This document shows positions 50,550 to 60,037 of a stretch of DNA of 64,000 bases, piece by piece. Position 1 is the first letter of the stretch, and every line of letters starts with the position of its first letter. This stretch comes from Candidatus Sumerlaeaceae bacterium (lineage in GTDB: Bacteria; Sumerlaeota; Sumerlaeia; Sumerlaeales; Sumerlaeaceae), in contig JBMFRB010000002.1 of the NCBI GenBank assembly GCA_049968255.1, positions 160,001-224,000 of the forward strand, in the 5' to 3' direction. The notes under the pieces are model-generated. The model did not search any database. It saw only the letters and a list, made by a program, of their open reading frames with translations, and was not told the origin of the DNA. The translations under genes and the position numbers were made by a program.

Positions 50550-51287
50550 GTGCAGCCAGAAGAATACTCTCGGATGTTCAGCGTGGAAGATACGTTTTGG
50601 TGGTATCGAGGACTCCGTGCTCTTTTGAAGGAAACTCTCATAGATCTCTCCAAAAAAAAGAGCGAGCACCGATTGCAAGTTATCGATGCGGGGTGTGGGA
50701 CCGGCGCCAATATCAGCGAGTGCAGAATGCTCATCGAGGGCTTGGGAATCGATCTCGCGTGGGAAGCTCTGGTTTTGGCCCGCAAGCGTGGCCTCCAACA
50801 TCTCGTCCGTGGGCGCATACAGGAACTTCCCGTACGCGATGCCAGTTGCGATGTTCTCATGAGCATTGATGTGCTTTATCACCGCTGGATTGAGAATGAT
50901 CTTCAGGTTTTGCGGGAGTATTTTCGTGTGCTGGTGCCGGGCGGGTGGTTAATTATTCATGTTGCTGCTCATGAGTGGTTGCGGGGAAGCCATGACGAGG
51001 TGGTCATGACGCGACATCGTTACTCGCGATCCGAGCTGGTAGAAAAAGTTTCTGCAGCTGGGTTTCGTGTGAGGCGGGCAACTTATCGCAACACCCTTCT
51101 TCTCCCCTTGATGCTGCTGCGGCGCCTTATAACTGCGAACACCCCTGTGCCCGTATCGGATTTGCGGGTTCCTCCACGATGGCTCAATGAGACTCTTTAC
51201 TGGGTTTTATGGGTCGAAAATGCATTGCTTCGTGTCGCAGATTTTCCTACAGGGGGATCGCTCTTTGTCCTCGCACAGCGGCCGTAG
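50550..51287 (+). CDS. Class I SAM-dependent methyltransferase
   Basis: VEDTFWWYRG, VIDAGCGTG, DVLYH, RVLVPGG, HD...HRY. Confidence 0.88.
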   Translation: MQPEEYSRMFSVEDTFWWYRGLRALLKETLIDLSKKKSEHRLQVIDAGCGTGANISECRMLIEGLGIDLAWEALVLARKRGLQHLVRGRIQELPVRDASCDVLMSIDVLYHRWIENDLQVLREYFRVLVPGGWLIIHVAAHEWLRGSHDEVVMTRHRYSRSELVEKVSAAGFRVRRATYRNTLLLPLMLLRRLITANTPVPVSDLRVPPRWLNETLYWVLWVENALLRVADFPTGGSLFVLAQRP

Positions 51288-51305
51288 GATGAGGAGCCAT
51301 CTTGC

Positions 51306-51884
51306 TTACGTTGAGGATCTATGTAGCCGGGCCAGCTGATGAAAGATGATGGCGGCGGCGGCTCGCACCGAGAGATGATTGTAGGATCCTACGCCGAGGA
51401 TTGGCTCGAGCACGTAGTCCACATCTAAGATGAGTTCGGGGTGCAGTCCCCAACCTGTTCCGAGGATCAGGCAGAGCGGGAGTTCCGGCTTTTGGTGCAT
51501 CTTCTGTGCCAAGGCTTCTAGGGGCAGGGTGTTTGGATAGCGCCGAGCGCTGGTAGCGATCCAAAGGGGCGGAGTGCCATGGGAGCGTTCTATGGCGTCG
51601 CTAACATGGCCGAGGTCTGGAACAATGCTCACGAGCGACAGTGCATCTTTGCGATTCGGATTGTAGGTTGCGCCCCAGCCCGTGTTCCAATGTTCGAGAA
51701 TACGGTGAGCAAGCCACCGTTGAGCCTTGACGGGGGTGACAACGAAGTAGTGGGCAAGTCCGAAAGTTTTGGCCGAGCGGGCTATATCGTGAATATCGAG
51801 ATTTGTAATGGCTGTCGCGACAGCGTGATCGTGTTTGTCGCGAATCGGGTAGTGCAGCAAGGCGGCGTAGAGCGGAGCAAACAT
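51306..51884 (-). CDS. SPOUT-class RNA methyltransferase (Methyltrn_RNA_4-like)
   Basis: LLHYPI, TNLDIHDIARS, GTGWGL, LEPI...YNHLSVRAAAAI. Confidence 0.85.
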   Translation of the reverse strand: MFAPLYAALLHYPIRDKHDHAVATAITNLDIHDIARSAKTFGLAHYFVVTPVKAQRWLAHRILEHWNTGWGATYNPNRKDALSLVSIVPDLGHVSDAIERSHGTPPLWIATSARRYPNTLPLEALAQKMHQKPELPLCLILGTGWGLHPELILDVDYVLEPILGVGSYNHLSVRAAAAIIFHQLARLHRSST

Positions 51885-52011
51885 AGTGATCTCCTCTTGA
51901 TGTCGTGCCATGTCGAGTGCAATAAGTTTTCGATATTACTCATTCGCTAAACATTACAACCCGAGCACAAAGAGGTAAGGAGTAAACACTTGCTCATGAG
52001 GCGGTTGAAGT

Positions 52012-52929
52012 ATGAAAAAAATTCTAAGCCCTCACAGTAGGCTTACAATTTTCTTGGGGGATATCGTTCGACATCTTCCCGCCAGATGGGTCGGGTCATT
52101 TAGCAAATGGGTTGGCCGTTTCATTTACTTTGTACGTCCCAAGCGCCGGCGAGAGGTTCAGAGGGCCTATGAAGTTCTTTGTCGAAAAGCCAACTTGGAG
52201 CGAGACCCGAAGCAGCTGACGCGCACCTTTTTTGAATGTCAGCTCATGCTGATGACCGGCGCATATTCGATGCGAGAGCAGCCCGAACAGCGGTTCTACG
52301 AGCTCTGTGAGACCCAAGGTCTTGACAATGTCCGGAAGTTAGCCTGTTTGGGCAAGGGGCTCCTCGTCGTGACTTTTCATTTTGGCACGCACCTGCTCAG
52401 CTTTGTCAAACTTGAGCAAGAAGGGTTTTCAGTAACCACCGTGCGTCCGCTCTGGATGAAGGATCTCGAAGGGAAAAAGCTCCGGCGGATGCTTTTCATC
52501 GACCGTGAAACAATTTACGCTGGAGAAGGGGATGGCCTGGCTAGCCCCGTGCGCTCCATCGTGCGGGCCTTGAAAGACGGAAAAATTGTGGGTTTTGCGC
52601 CGGATGGTGATCAAGGCGGTGCTATGACGGAAATGCCGCTGTTGGGTGGCCTTTATCCAATGCGCCGAGGACTTTTCGAAATTGTGCGCCTTGCCCGCTG
52701 CCCCGTGGTTTACGCACAAGGAATTGTCCGCAACCGAAAGTACTATATTTGGTATTCAACGCCAATGGAGCCCCCAACAGATGGCAATATCGAGAACTTT
52801 TTGGAAGAGCTTTGGCTTTTTTTGCAGAAGCGTTTTGAGCAGTTTATTCGTGACTATCCGGAGTCCGTTTGGTGGACCAAACCGATGGAGATTGCTCTGA
52901 ATTTAAGAAAAAGAGGGCAATCTTCGTAG
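52012..52929 (+). CDS. Lipid A biosynthesis acyltransferase-like (LpxL/HtrB family)
   Basis: GKGLLVVTFHFG, LKDGKIVGFAPD, IRDYPESVWW. Confidence 0.75.
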   Translation: MKKILSPHSRLTIFLGDIVRHLPARWVGSFSKWVGRFIYFVRPKRRREVQRAYEVLCRKANLERDPKQLTRTFFECQLMLMTGAYSMREQPEQRFYELCETQGLDNVRKLACLGKGLLVVTFHFGTHLLSFVKLEQEGFSVTTVRPLWMKDLEGKKLRRMLFIDRETIYAGEGDGLASPVRSIVRALKDGKIVGFAPDGDQGGAMTEMPLLGGLYPMRRGLFEIVRLARCPVVYAQGIVRNRKYYIWYSTPMEPPTDGNIENFLEELWLFLQKRFEQFIRDYPESVWWTKPMEIALNLRKRGQSS

Positions 52930-53113
52930 CAGGGCCGTGGGGGCGCCCTGCAGTAACTCTTGACGGACTTTATCTGGTTGGTCAAAACGGCGGTGATTAG
53001 AAGTGTGCTTGGGGCTGCGGAAAGCCCAAGCCGTCAGAAAAGCGAGGTAGAATGAACCAGAAAGGCGCCCCCAACTCTGGGAAATTGGCAACGAGGAGCT
53101 AAGCTGGACCAAC

Positions 53114-54904
53114 ATGTTCAAACCTGAGAATCCTATTATTGTGCAAAGCGACATGACGGTGCTTCTTGAAACAACGGGGCCGTTGTTCGAGGATGGACGT
53201 GATTTTCTCGGACAGTTTGCTGAGCTAGAAAAAAGCCCGGAATACCTTCACACCTACAGAATCACGCCGCTTTCGTTGTGGAATGCCGCGGCCGCTGGGC
53301 TGAAGGCGGAAGCGATCGTTAGCCGCTTGGTGGGGCTGGCCAAGTATGCAGTGCCGCAGAATGTTCTCACAGAAATTCGCGAGCAGATGGCACGCTTCGG
53401 CAAGCTACGCCTGGTCAGAGATGACGCCACAGGAGAGCTACAACTGGTCTGCGATGACCGCGCTGCGCTTGAAGAAATCTGTGCTTCACCGCGGGTGAGC
53501 GAGTTTTTGATCGAGCGACGCGACGATCGAACACTGATCATCAATCCGGCTTACCGCGGCCGAGCAAAGCAGGTTCTCATCAAACTCGGCTATCCCGTCG
53601 CAGACCTGGCCGGATTCACAGAGGGGGATCCCCTCACTTTTGAGATTCGAGCAGTGACCCGCCTTGGGCTCCGGTTCAATCTTAGAGAATATCAGCGCGA
53701 TGCCGTTGAGACCTTCTGGGCAGGAGGTTCCCGGGCAGGTGGAGCTGGTGTGCTTGTTCTGCCCTGCGGGGCAGGCAAGACAATCATTGGAATTGGCTGC
53801 ATGGAGAAAGTTCAGCAACACACGTTGATTCTCACCACGAATATCACAGCGCTTCGACAGTGGATGCGAGAACTTCTCGACAAGACCACCTTGACGGAGG
53901 ATCAGGTTGCCGAGTATAGTGGGGACAAAAAGGATATTCGGCCTGTGACGGTGACTACTTACCAGATGATGACTTATAAGCCGAGCAAGTCCGACCACTT
54001 TCCCCACATGGACCTTATCAAGCAGCATAATTGGGGGCTGATCATTTACGATGAGGTTCACCTGCTTCCGGCTCCAGTTTTTCGTGCGACGGCAGAAATT
54101 CAAGCGCGCCGCCGGCTGGGATTGACCGCGACACTGGTGCGTGAGGACGGGCGCGAGGACGACGTCTTCTCGCTGATCGGCCCGAAGCGTTTCGACAAGC
54201 CGTGGAAGGAGCTCGAACAACAAGGATGGATCGCCAAGGCGCGTTGCATGGAAATTCGCGTTCCTATGCAGCCAGAAAAGCGTATCGAGTATGCGCGGGC
54301 CGAGCTTCGCTCCAAGTATCGTCTCGCTATGGAGAATCCCGACAAAATTCCCGTGCTTCTCAGGCTGCTCGATCTGCATCGCGATGATAACATCCTTATC
54401 ATTGGCCAATACCTTGATCAGTTGCAGGAGATCAGTAAGCTGACCGGCGCACCCATTATCACGGGTGAAACGCCGAATACCCAACGCGAGGAGCTTTATG
54501 CAGCGTTCAAGTCTGGGCAAATCAAGGTGCTCGTTGTCTCAAAGGTCGCGAACTTTGCGGTGGATTTGCCTGATGCCAACGTGGCGATCCAAGTGAGTGG
54601 TACATTCCGTTCACGTCAGGAAGAGGCCCAACGCGTTGGTCGCGTGCTGCGCCCAAAACCGGGCCAGAATTACGCGTACTTTTACTCGATTGTGACCAAG
54701 GACACGAAAGACCAGGAGTGTGCCAAGCAGCGGTCTTTGTTCCTGACCGAGCAAGGGTATCGCTATCGGATTAAGATCGTGGATCTCTCCAAATTGGATG
54801 GCGAGACTTTTGACTTCGATATGGCCGACGAACTCGTCGGCGTGGAAGTTGCTGCTGACACGCAAGTTGAGGATGAAGCCCTTCTGGAAGCCCAGGATTT
54901 GTGA
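53114..54904 (+). CDS. xpb: XPB/Rad25-family SF2 DNA helicase
   Basis: XPB N-terminal domain PIIVQSD...FAELEKSPEYLHTYRITPLSLWNA; LPCGAGKT, DEVH, LGLTATLVREDG (RED motif), QEEAQRVGR. Confidence 0.95.
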   Translation: MFKPENPIIVQSDMTVLLETTGPLFEDGRDFLGQFAELEKSPEYLHTYRITPLSLWNAAAAGLKAEAIVSRLVGLAKYAVPQNVLTEIREQMARFGKLRLVRDDATGELQLVCDDRAALEEICASPRVSEFLIERRDDRTLIINPAYRGRAKQVLIKLGYPVADLAGFTEGDPLTFEIRAVTRLGLRFNLREYQRDAVETFWAGGSRAGGAGVLVLPCGAGKTIIGIGCMEKVQQHTLILTTNITALRQWMRELLDKTTLTEDQVAEYSGDKKDIRPVTVTTYQMMTYKPSKSDHFPHMDLIKQHNWGLIIYDEVHLLPAPVFRATAEIQARRRLGLTATLVREDGREDDVFSLIGPKRFDKPWKELEQQGWIAKARCMEIRVPMQPEKRIEYARAELRSKYRLAMENPDKIPVLLRLLDLHRDDNILIIGQYLDQLQEISKLTGAPIITGETPNTQREELYAAFKSGQIKVLVVSKVANFAVDLPDANVAIQVSGTFRSRQEEAQRVGRVLRPKPGQNYAYFYSIVTKDTKDQECAKQRSLFLTEQGYRYRIKIVDLSKLDGETFDFDMADELVGVEVAADTQVEDEALLEAQDL

Positions 54905-54907
54905 GCC

Positions 54908-57649
54908 ATGAAACTCCGAACGATTCTTCAAAAGCTACCGCTCGAGCAGCTCCTTCAGATCGCTGAATTCTGGCAATTTCAAATTCCAGAAAGTGTGCAG
55001 CCGCTCGGCGAAGGCGGTCAGGCGCGGTTGGTTGAGTACCTTTATCCGCGCATGCAGACGGCAAAATATTTTTTTCGGACAATGGAGCGCTTGGCTCCAC
55101 GCCAGCGGAATGCTTTGAAATTTCTTGCCGTGCATGGAGGTGAGCTTCCTGCCCGCGAAGTCATCGAGCGCTGTTTTGGAGGCGACATCGCAGGAGGGGA
55201 GAACGATCTCCGCGAGTTGGCCGCCAAAGGTTTTATTTATTTGGATGTTTCTGAGCCGGCGCATCCGTACGTCGTACTTCCGGAGAGCGTACGTTACATT
55301 TTCGAGCTTGGGACACAGCTCACAGGGTATTTGGGTGCGCTTCTCCAGCGAATGGCCTTCAACGATTTAGCGGCGCTTGCGGAAAAGGTCACGGGCGACA
55401 AGAGCTTCTGGAACATCCAGCGCGAGAAGGTGATCCGCCGTCTGCGAGAGTACTTGTTAAATCCGGAAAACCTTCGGCGCCACATTGAGTCCCTTCCTGT
55501 GGACGAGCGGTTGCTTTTCCATGCACTTGTGGAGCGGGATGGCTATGGCTTTTACGGTGACTTATTGGAGGTAGGTGGCCGTCGGCGCTTCGATCTCAGT
55601 CGCACCCAGCAACTCAACTCGTTGCTCACGAGAAGGGGAATCGTTTTTCAGGTGTCAGACGGTGCGAATAAGTACGCCAACCTCCTCATGGTCCCGCGCG
55701 ATGTTCTCTATATTGTGACGCATGATTATGCGCCAGACGTTCGGCCTTTAGAAGAGCTTGAGCGAATTGGTGGGGGCAAAGATGAATTCCGCCCCGCAAT
55801 GGTTGTGGACAACTCGCTAGTCGTATTTAGAGACCTGGTCGTTTTGGGGAGTTCCATTCATGCGCAAAATTTCAAAGTTCTTGCAACGGGCGGACTTAGC
55901 CGCGCTGAGCTGCGGCGGCTTGTGCCTCTCCTCGGCCCAAGCCGGAGTCTAAAATACGCCACCTTCCTTGCCGCTTTTCTCATCTGGGCAAAGTATCTGC
56001 GACCAGTGGGGGAGTACTGGCGTCTTTCAGATTCGTTTTCCGATACGCTTGCGAATCCTGGCCGCTTGTTTGCGGAGCTTTTCCATTGGTGGCTCGACGT
56101 AAATCATTGGAACGAAGCGCATCCTGATGGGCTGCTCTGGGAGGAAGAGGAGCCAACACGAGGTTTCGTCGCGCTTATTGAGATGCGGCGGGAAGTGGTG
56201 CAAGCAATCTTTGCCGCTAACACTGCCGGAGCTTGGATTCCGTATGCTTCTTTCGAGGAGATTGTTTTACCCAAAATGGTGGCCGTAGCCTTCCCCGACG
56301 GTAAGGCTGACGCGTCGATGCGCGGTCAATTGCGCCGCATTCTTTACTCAATCGTCACGGAGCCGTTGACGTGGCTTGGATTGCTGTCACTCGGCGCAGC
56401 GGCAAAGACTGTGTTTTCCCCCGACAGTCCGATAGACATCGACGCTTTATCGCAGAAGAAAAATTTAAAAAAAACCGGGGTTCCTGCTCTTAAGTTCTCA
56501 TTCCGTCCCACGGATTTGGCACGCGGCATGTTTGAGACTGGTGCGATTCAACCGTGCGAAGTGTTCCGCGACGTTGCGCCAAACACCTTTCCGCTCTCCT
56601 TCTCTGCGGAGTGGCTGATTGTGCAGCCCAACTGCGAGATTGTGGCGCCACCGGACTTGCGGCTATCGAACCTTTTGAGCCTTTGCGGGTTTTGTGAGGT
56701 CCGCAGCATTGACGTGATGACCTCGCTCGCCGTGACCCGCGAAAGTCTGCAGCGAGCCCTTGACCTGGGGGTTCGGGGACAAGATGTCCGCGATTTGCTG
56801 ACGCGTTTGAGCCGCTCAGGGCTGCCGGAGACCGTTGATCAATTGATCACCGACTGCCTAGAAAGGCACGGGGAAGCATTTCTTGGCAGCGCAGGCGGTT
56901 ACGTTGTGACTGAGGACGAAGGTGTCATTGAGCAAATCCGCTCGAACAAAGAGTTCGAAGACATTATCAAAGACGTGGTGGGGAAGAGCACACTGATCTT
57001 GGCACCGGGGGCAAATCTGGAGCGATTTGCCCGCCAGTTGCGTGGCCTAGGGCTTATGCCCCGAGTCGAGACAGGTACTGTCGAGACTACGCGCGACCAG
57101 CGGTTCCACCTCAACCTTTCGGCCGAGGAATACTATGAGCTTCTCGCTTTGCTACGTCTTGTCGAAATTATCGAAGAAGAGCTCGACGCCGAAATCGTGG
57201 ATGATCGGGGACGTTCGCTTATTGACCATATCGAGCCCGATAGCGCCGGTTTTGCACTTATCCATGAAGAGGCGCAAAAGGTAGCCCTCCGGTATTCACG
57301 AAAAGTGCGTTCAGCACTGCTGCGGATGCGGTCGGAAATTGAGGAGAAGTATAAGACGCAGGTATCGAGAATTGTAGCTAAAGCTCGTGGTCAACGAGGG
57401 GCAACGCGTTTTCAATTCCGCGGTGCCAATCCCGCTGTGGAGAGAAACGATATTGTTCAACTGCTGAAATTTGCCCTCGAACATGAACTCGAAACAGAGA
57501 TCCATTACGTGAAGCGCAATGAAGCGGAAACTACACTCCGCATTTACCCAAAGAGCTTTGAGGGCAACCGGCTTTACGCTTACTGTGTGGAATCCGATCG
57601 AGAGGCCATTTACTCGGTGGACCGCATCCTGAAAGCCGCTCTCATCTAA
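54908..57649 (+). CDS. Helicase-associated protein: N-terminal helical repeats + XPB-N/Helicase_C_3-like domain + C-terminal WYL domain
   Basis: LIVQPNCEIV...VTRESLQRALDLG...LPETV; C-terminal IHYVKRNEAETTLRIYPKSFEGNRLYAYC...YSVDRI. Confidence 0.85.
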   Translation: MKLRTILQKLPLEQLLQIAEFWQFQIPESVQPLGEGGQARLVEYLYPRMQTAKYFFRTMERLAPRQRNALKFLAVHGGELPAREVIERCFGGDIAGGENDLRELAAKGFIYLDVSEPAHPYVVLPESVRYIFELGTQLTGYLGALLQRMAFNDLAALAEKVTGDKSFWNIQREKVIRRLREYLLNPENLRRHIESLPVDERLLFHALVERDGYGFYGDLLEVGGRRRFDLSRTQQLNSLLTRRGIVFQVSDGANKYANLLMVPRDVLYIVTHDYAPDVRPLEELERIGGGKDEFRPAMVVDNSLVVFRDLVVLGSSIHAQNFKVLATGGLSRAELRRLVPLLGPSRSLKYATFLAAFLIWAKYLRPVGEYWRLSDSFSDTLANPGRLFAELFHWWLDVNHWNEAHPDGLLWEEEEPTRGFVALIEMRREVVQAIFAANTAGAWIPYASFEEIVLPKMVAVAFPDGKADASMRGQLRRILYSIVTEPLTWLGLLSLGAAAKTVFSPDSPIDIDALSQKKNLKKTGVPALKFSFRPTDLARGMFETGAIQPCEVFRDVAPNTFPLSFSAEWLIVQPNCEIVAPPDLRLSNLLSLCGFCEVRSIDVMTSLAVTRESLQRALDLGVRGQDVRDLLTRLSRSGLPETVDQLITDCLERHGEAFLGSAGGYVVTEDEGVIEQIRSNKEFEDIIKDVVGKSTLILAPGANLERFARQLRGLGLMPRVETGTVETTRDQRFHLNLSAEEYYELLALLRLVEIIEEELDAEIVDDRGRSLIDHIEPDSAGFALIHEEAQKVALRYSRKVRSALLRMRSEIEEKYKTQVSRIVAKARGQRGATRFQFRGANPAVERNDIVQLLKFALEHELETEIHYVKRNEAETTLRIYPKSFEGNRLYAYCVESDREAIYSVDRILKAALI

Positions 57650-57695
57650 CCCGAGAGCGAAACATTGAGGAAATCCAGAAAGAGGTCGCCTCAAG

Positions 57696-59168
57696 GTGCG
57701 CCTGGCATGGCAAGACATCGTGGATGTGGAGCTTTTACGCTGCTACGTCAATCCGGACGATAAGGTGCTTGCGGCAGTCTCGGGTGGGCCTGACTCAACG
57801 GCTTTGTTATTGGCGTGTGCAGAAGCGAGAACCCAATTACGTTTCTCCCTTGAATGCTGTTACGTCGACCATGGCGTTCGCCCCGGGGCAGCAGACCGTG
57901 AAGCTGGATTCGTCAGAGGACTTTGCGAGCGTTTCGGAATTCCTTTCCACCTGGGAAAGCTTCCGCCTCTGGAGCGGGCTCCGAACCTCGGAAGTTTTGA
58001 AGGCAAACTCCGACAGCTACGTTACGAGATGTTCCGTCACCTTGCCGCGGGAATCGGGGCAACTTGGATCGCATTGGGGCACACCGCTGATGACCTAGTT
58101 GAGACCTTTCTTATGCATTTACTCAGAGGAATGGCACTCGGTGGAGCGCATTTTGAGGCCGTGCAAAAGGTCCAGCAGTTGTCGATTTTACGGCCGCTCT
58201 GGAGAACCTGGCGCGCCGACATTTATGAATTCCTGCAGCAAAGGACAATTGTTCCGCTGAGCGACGAAACGAACCGAGAACTTCGTATGACGCGCAATAA
58301 GGTTCGCCACCTGCTGCTTCCCCTGCTCGAACAAGAATTCAATCGAAACATTCGGCGTTCACTGTTTGCCACCGCGCTGGCCCTGACAGAAGCTAGAGAA
58401 GTTCTAAGTCATTATGCCAGCGAAGTAAAGAAGGCGGCACAGGACGCCGCCAGGTTGTTGCCTGGTGCATTTAGCATTCGTGTGCTTCTGGGTCATCCAC
58501 GGCTAATTCGCCAGGAGGCTTTAGCACTTTGGTTAGAGGACCTTTTTGGCCAAAGAGTCCTCCGAGCTGTCTCAGACTACAGGTCGGCCGAGGCCCTTCT
58601 CGATCAGCCATCCGGAAACCTAGTGATCTTGCGCGACGCAGTTGCCATCGTGCGCGTAGACGACGAGCTTGTGGCATGTCAGCTGCCAATGCAAGAAGTT
58701 GGTGGGAGGAAAGTTTTGCGTGAGGTTGTTGCTGCCACACTTGCTAAGTCTTATGCAGAAAAACATCCCGAGTTACCGTGTGCTCGCATTGATGAGCCTA
58801 TTCTTCTGAAACTTCTCGGCGAGGACAAGAAGTCTGTGTGGATCTCTTCACCATTTCCGACGCTCGCTGGCCGCATTGTGAGCGTGCTTGTCAAAGCGCC
58901 CAAGGAGATGGGAGATGAGCTTGGGCCACTCAAACTCCGCAATCGCCAACCTGGGGACCGGCCAAACGAAACATCCAGTTTGAAAGAGATCCTCATTCAG
59001 GAACACGTGCCCTTTTTTCTTCGGGATTATCTTGTCGTTGTTGCGGACAAACGCAATCGCCCCGTGGCCGTGGTGGGCCTTCCGCGAATTAGTCAAAAGT
59101 TAATACGCTTAGCAAAGTTGCCGGTCGAACTCTCTTTAAACGTGCTAACCGCTCCGGGTGGCGAATGA
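57696..59168 (+). CDS. tilS: tRNA(Ile)-lysidine synthetase
   Basis: AVSGGPDS, VDHGVR, LRY, GHTADDLVETFL, RPL, DETN...RNKVRH. Confidence 0.93.
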   Translation: MRLAWQDIVDVELLRCYVNPDDKVLAAVSGGPDSTALLLACAEARTQLRFSLECCYVDHGVRPGAADREAGFVRGLCERFGIPFHLGKLPPLERAPNLGSFEGKLRQLRYEMFRHLAAGIGATWIALGHTADDLVETFLMHLLRGMALGGAHFEAVQKVQQLSILRPLWRTWRADIYEFLQQRTIVPLSDETNRELRMTRNKVRHLLLPLLEQEFNRNIRRSLFATALALTEAREVLSHYASEVKKAAQDAARLLPGAFSIRVLLGHPRLIRQEALALWLEDLFGQRVLRAVSDYRSAEALLDQPSGNLVILRDAVAIVRVDDELVACQLPMQEVGGRKVLREVVAATLAKSYAEKHPELPCARIDEPILLKLLGEDKKSVWISSPFPTLAGRIVSVLVKAPKEMGDELGPLKLRNRQPGDRPNETSSLKEILIQEHVPFFLRDYLVVVADKRNRPVAVVGLPRISQKLIRLAKLPVELSLNVLTAPGGE

Positions 59169-59207
59169 AAGTCGTAGGTATCGGCTAGTGCAGGTCAAGT
59201 GGTGACA

Positions 59208-59681
59208 ATGGCAGAGAAAGACAACATCAAGGTTGTTGCGACGAATCGCCGAGCACATCACGATTACCATATCTTTGATACGGTTGAGGCAGGTCTTGTG
59301 CTCACCGGCACGGAAGTCAAAAGTCTGCGCGCCGGAAAAGCCAGTCTGGCCGATTCCTATGTGGGCTTCGAACGGGGTGAGGCTTACGTTTATAACATGT
59401 TTATTAATCCATACGAAAAAGGGAATCGGTACAATCATGCGGAAAAGCGCCCACGAAAGCTTCTTCTCCATCGTGCAGAAATAGACAGGCTGCAAGGCCA
59501 AGTGGCACAGAAAGGCTTCACGATCGTTCCGCTAAAGCTTTACTTTCGTGGCAGCCATGCAAAGTTAGAAATCGCGCTGGCTAAAGGGAAAAAATCCTAT
59601 GACAAGCGGCATGATCTAAAGGAACGCGAGACGCAGCGCGAGCTTGATCGGGTGGTCAAAGCGAAGCGTGCGAGTGTGTAG
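59208..59681 (+). CDS. smpB: SsrA-binding protein
   Basis: NRRAHHDY, EAGLVLTGTEVKSLR, RKLLLH, GKKSYDKR. Confidence 0.97.
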   Translation: MAEKDNIKVVATNRRAHHDYHIFDTVEAGLVLTGTEVKSLRAGKASLADSYVGFERGEAYVYNMFINPYEKGNRYNHAEKRPRKLLLHRAEIDRLQGQVAQKGFTIVPLKLYFRGSHAKLEIALAKGKKSYDKRHDLKERETQRELDRVVKAKRASV

Positions 59682-59759
59682 GGTGGACGCAATTTCTGTT
59701 GTTTCACGAGCGGTTTTGGCATAACCTGACTTACAGAATGGTCGAAACGGAGCGACACA

Positions 59760-59966
59760 ATGGCACACAAGAGCCCGCGTGACAGACTGAAAATGATGAC
59801 ACAGCAGGAGTTGGAAGAAGGGCTTTTTGAGATCGCGTTGGAGAGGCTCCTTGCTGAGGCTGCACAAGAGGCTGGAATCCCCGAGTTGGATGGCATTCAC
59901 GTGCCCGATCGTTCTCATGGCGAAGGCCGTCTCATTTACGATAAGTTCGATTCGCGCCCACGCTGA
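59760..59966 (+). CDS. Small hypothetical protein
   Basis: 68-aa ORF with a GGAG RBS, filling the smpB to O-antigen ligase gap; acidic helical middle. Confidence 0.5.
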   Translation: MAHKSPRDRLKMMTQQELEEGLFEIALERLLAEAAQEAGIPELDGIHVPDRSHGEGRLIYDKFDSRPR

Positions 59967-60037
59967 CTACCAGATGAAGGGGGAGTGGCGTTAGGCATAG
60001 TGCTTTTGCTTGTGTTTGGACCTGGAGAGGTGCTCGC

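Noticed and set aside
50369-50866. N-terminal extension of the 638-aa ORF
   Set aside because: It overlaps the opposite-strand methyltransferase; the signal peptide indicates the real start at 50368.
52938-53073. SRP (4.5S) RNA suggested by GGGGGC...GCCCCCA ends
   Set aside because: The conserved CAGG-GNRA-AGCAG core is absent on both strands; kept only as an unknown structured element.
53486-54520. 344-aa ORF antisense to XPB (similar shadows over fusA 32477-33208, priA 23058-23789, accC 30668-31282)
   Set aside because: Antisense shadow ORFs expected from codon bias; no family motifs.
59682-60037. tmRNA next to smpB
   Set aside because: No tRNA-like 5' end or TCCACCA 3' end visible.
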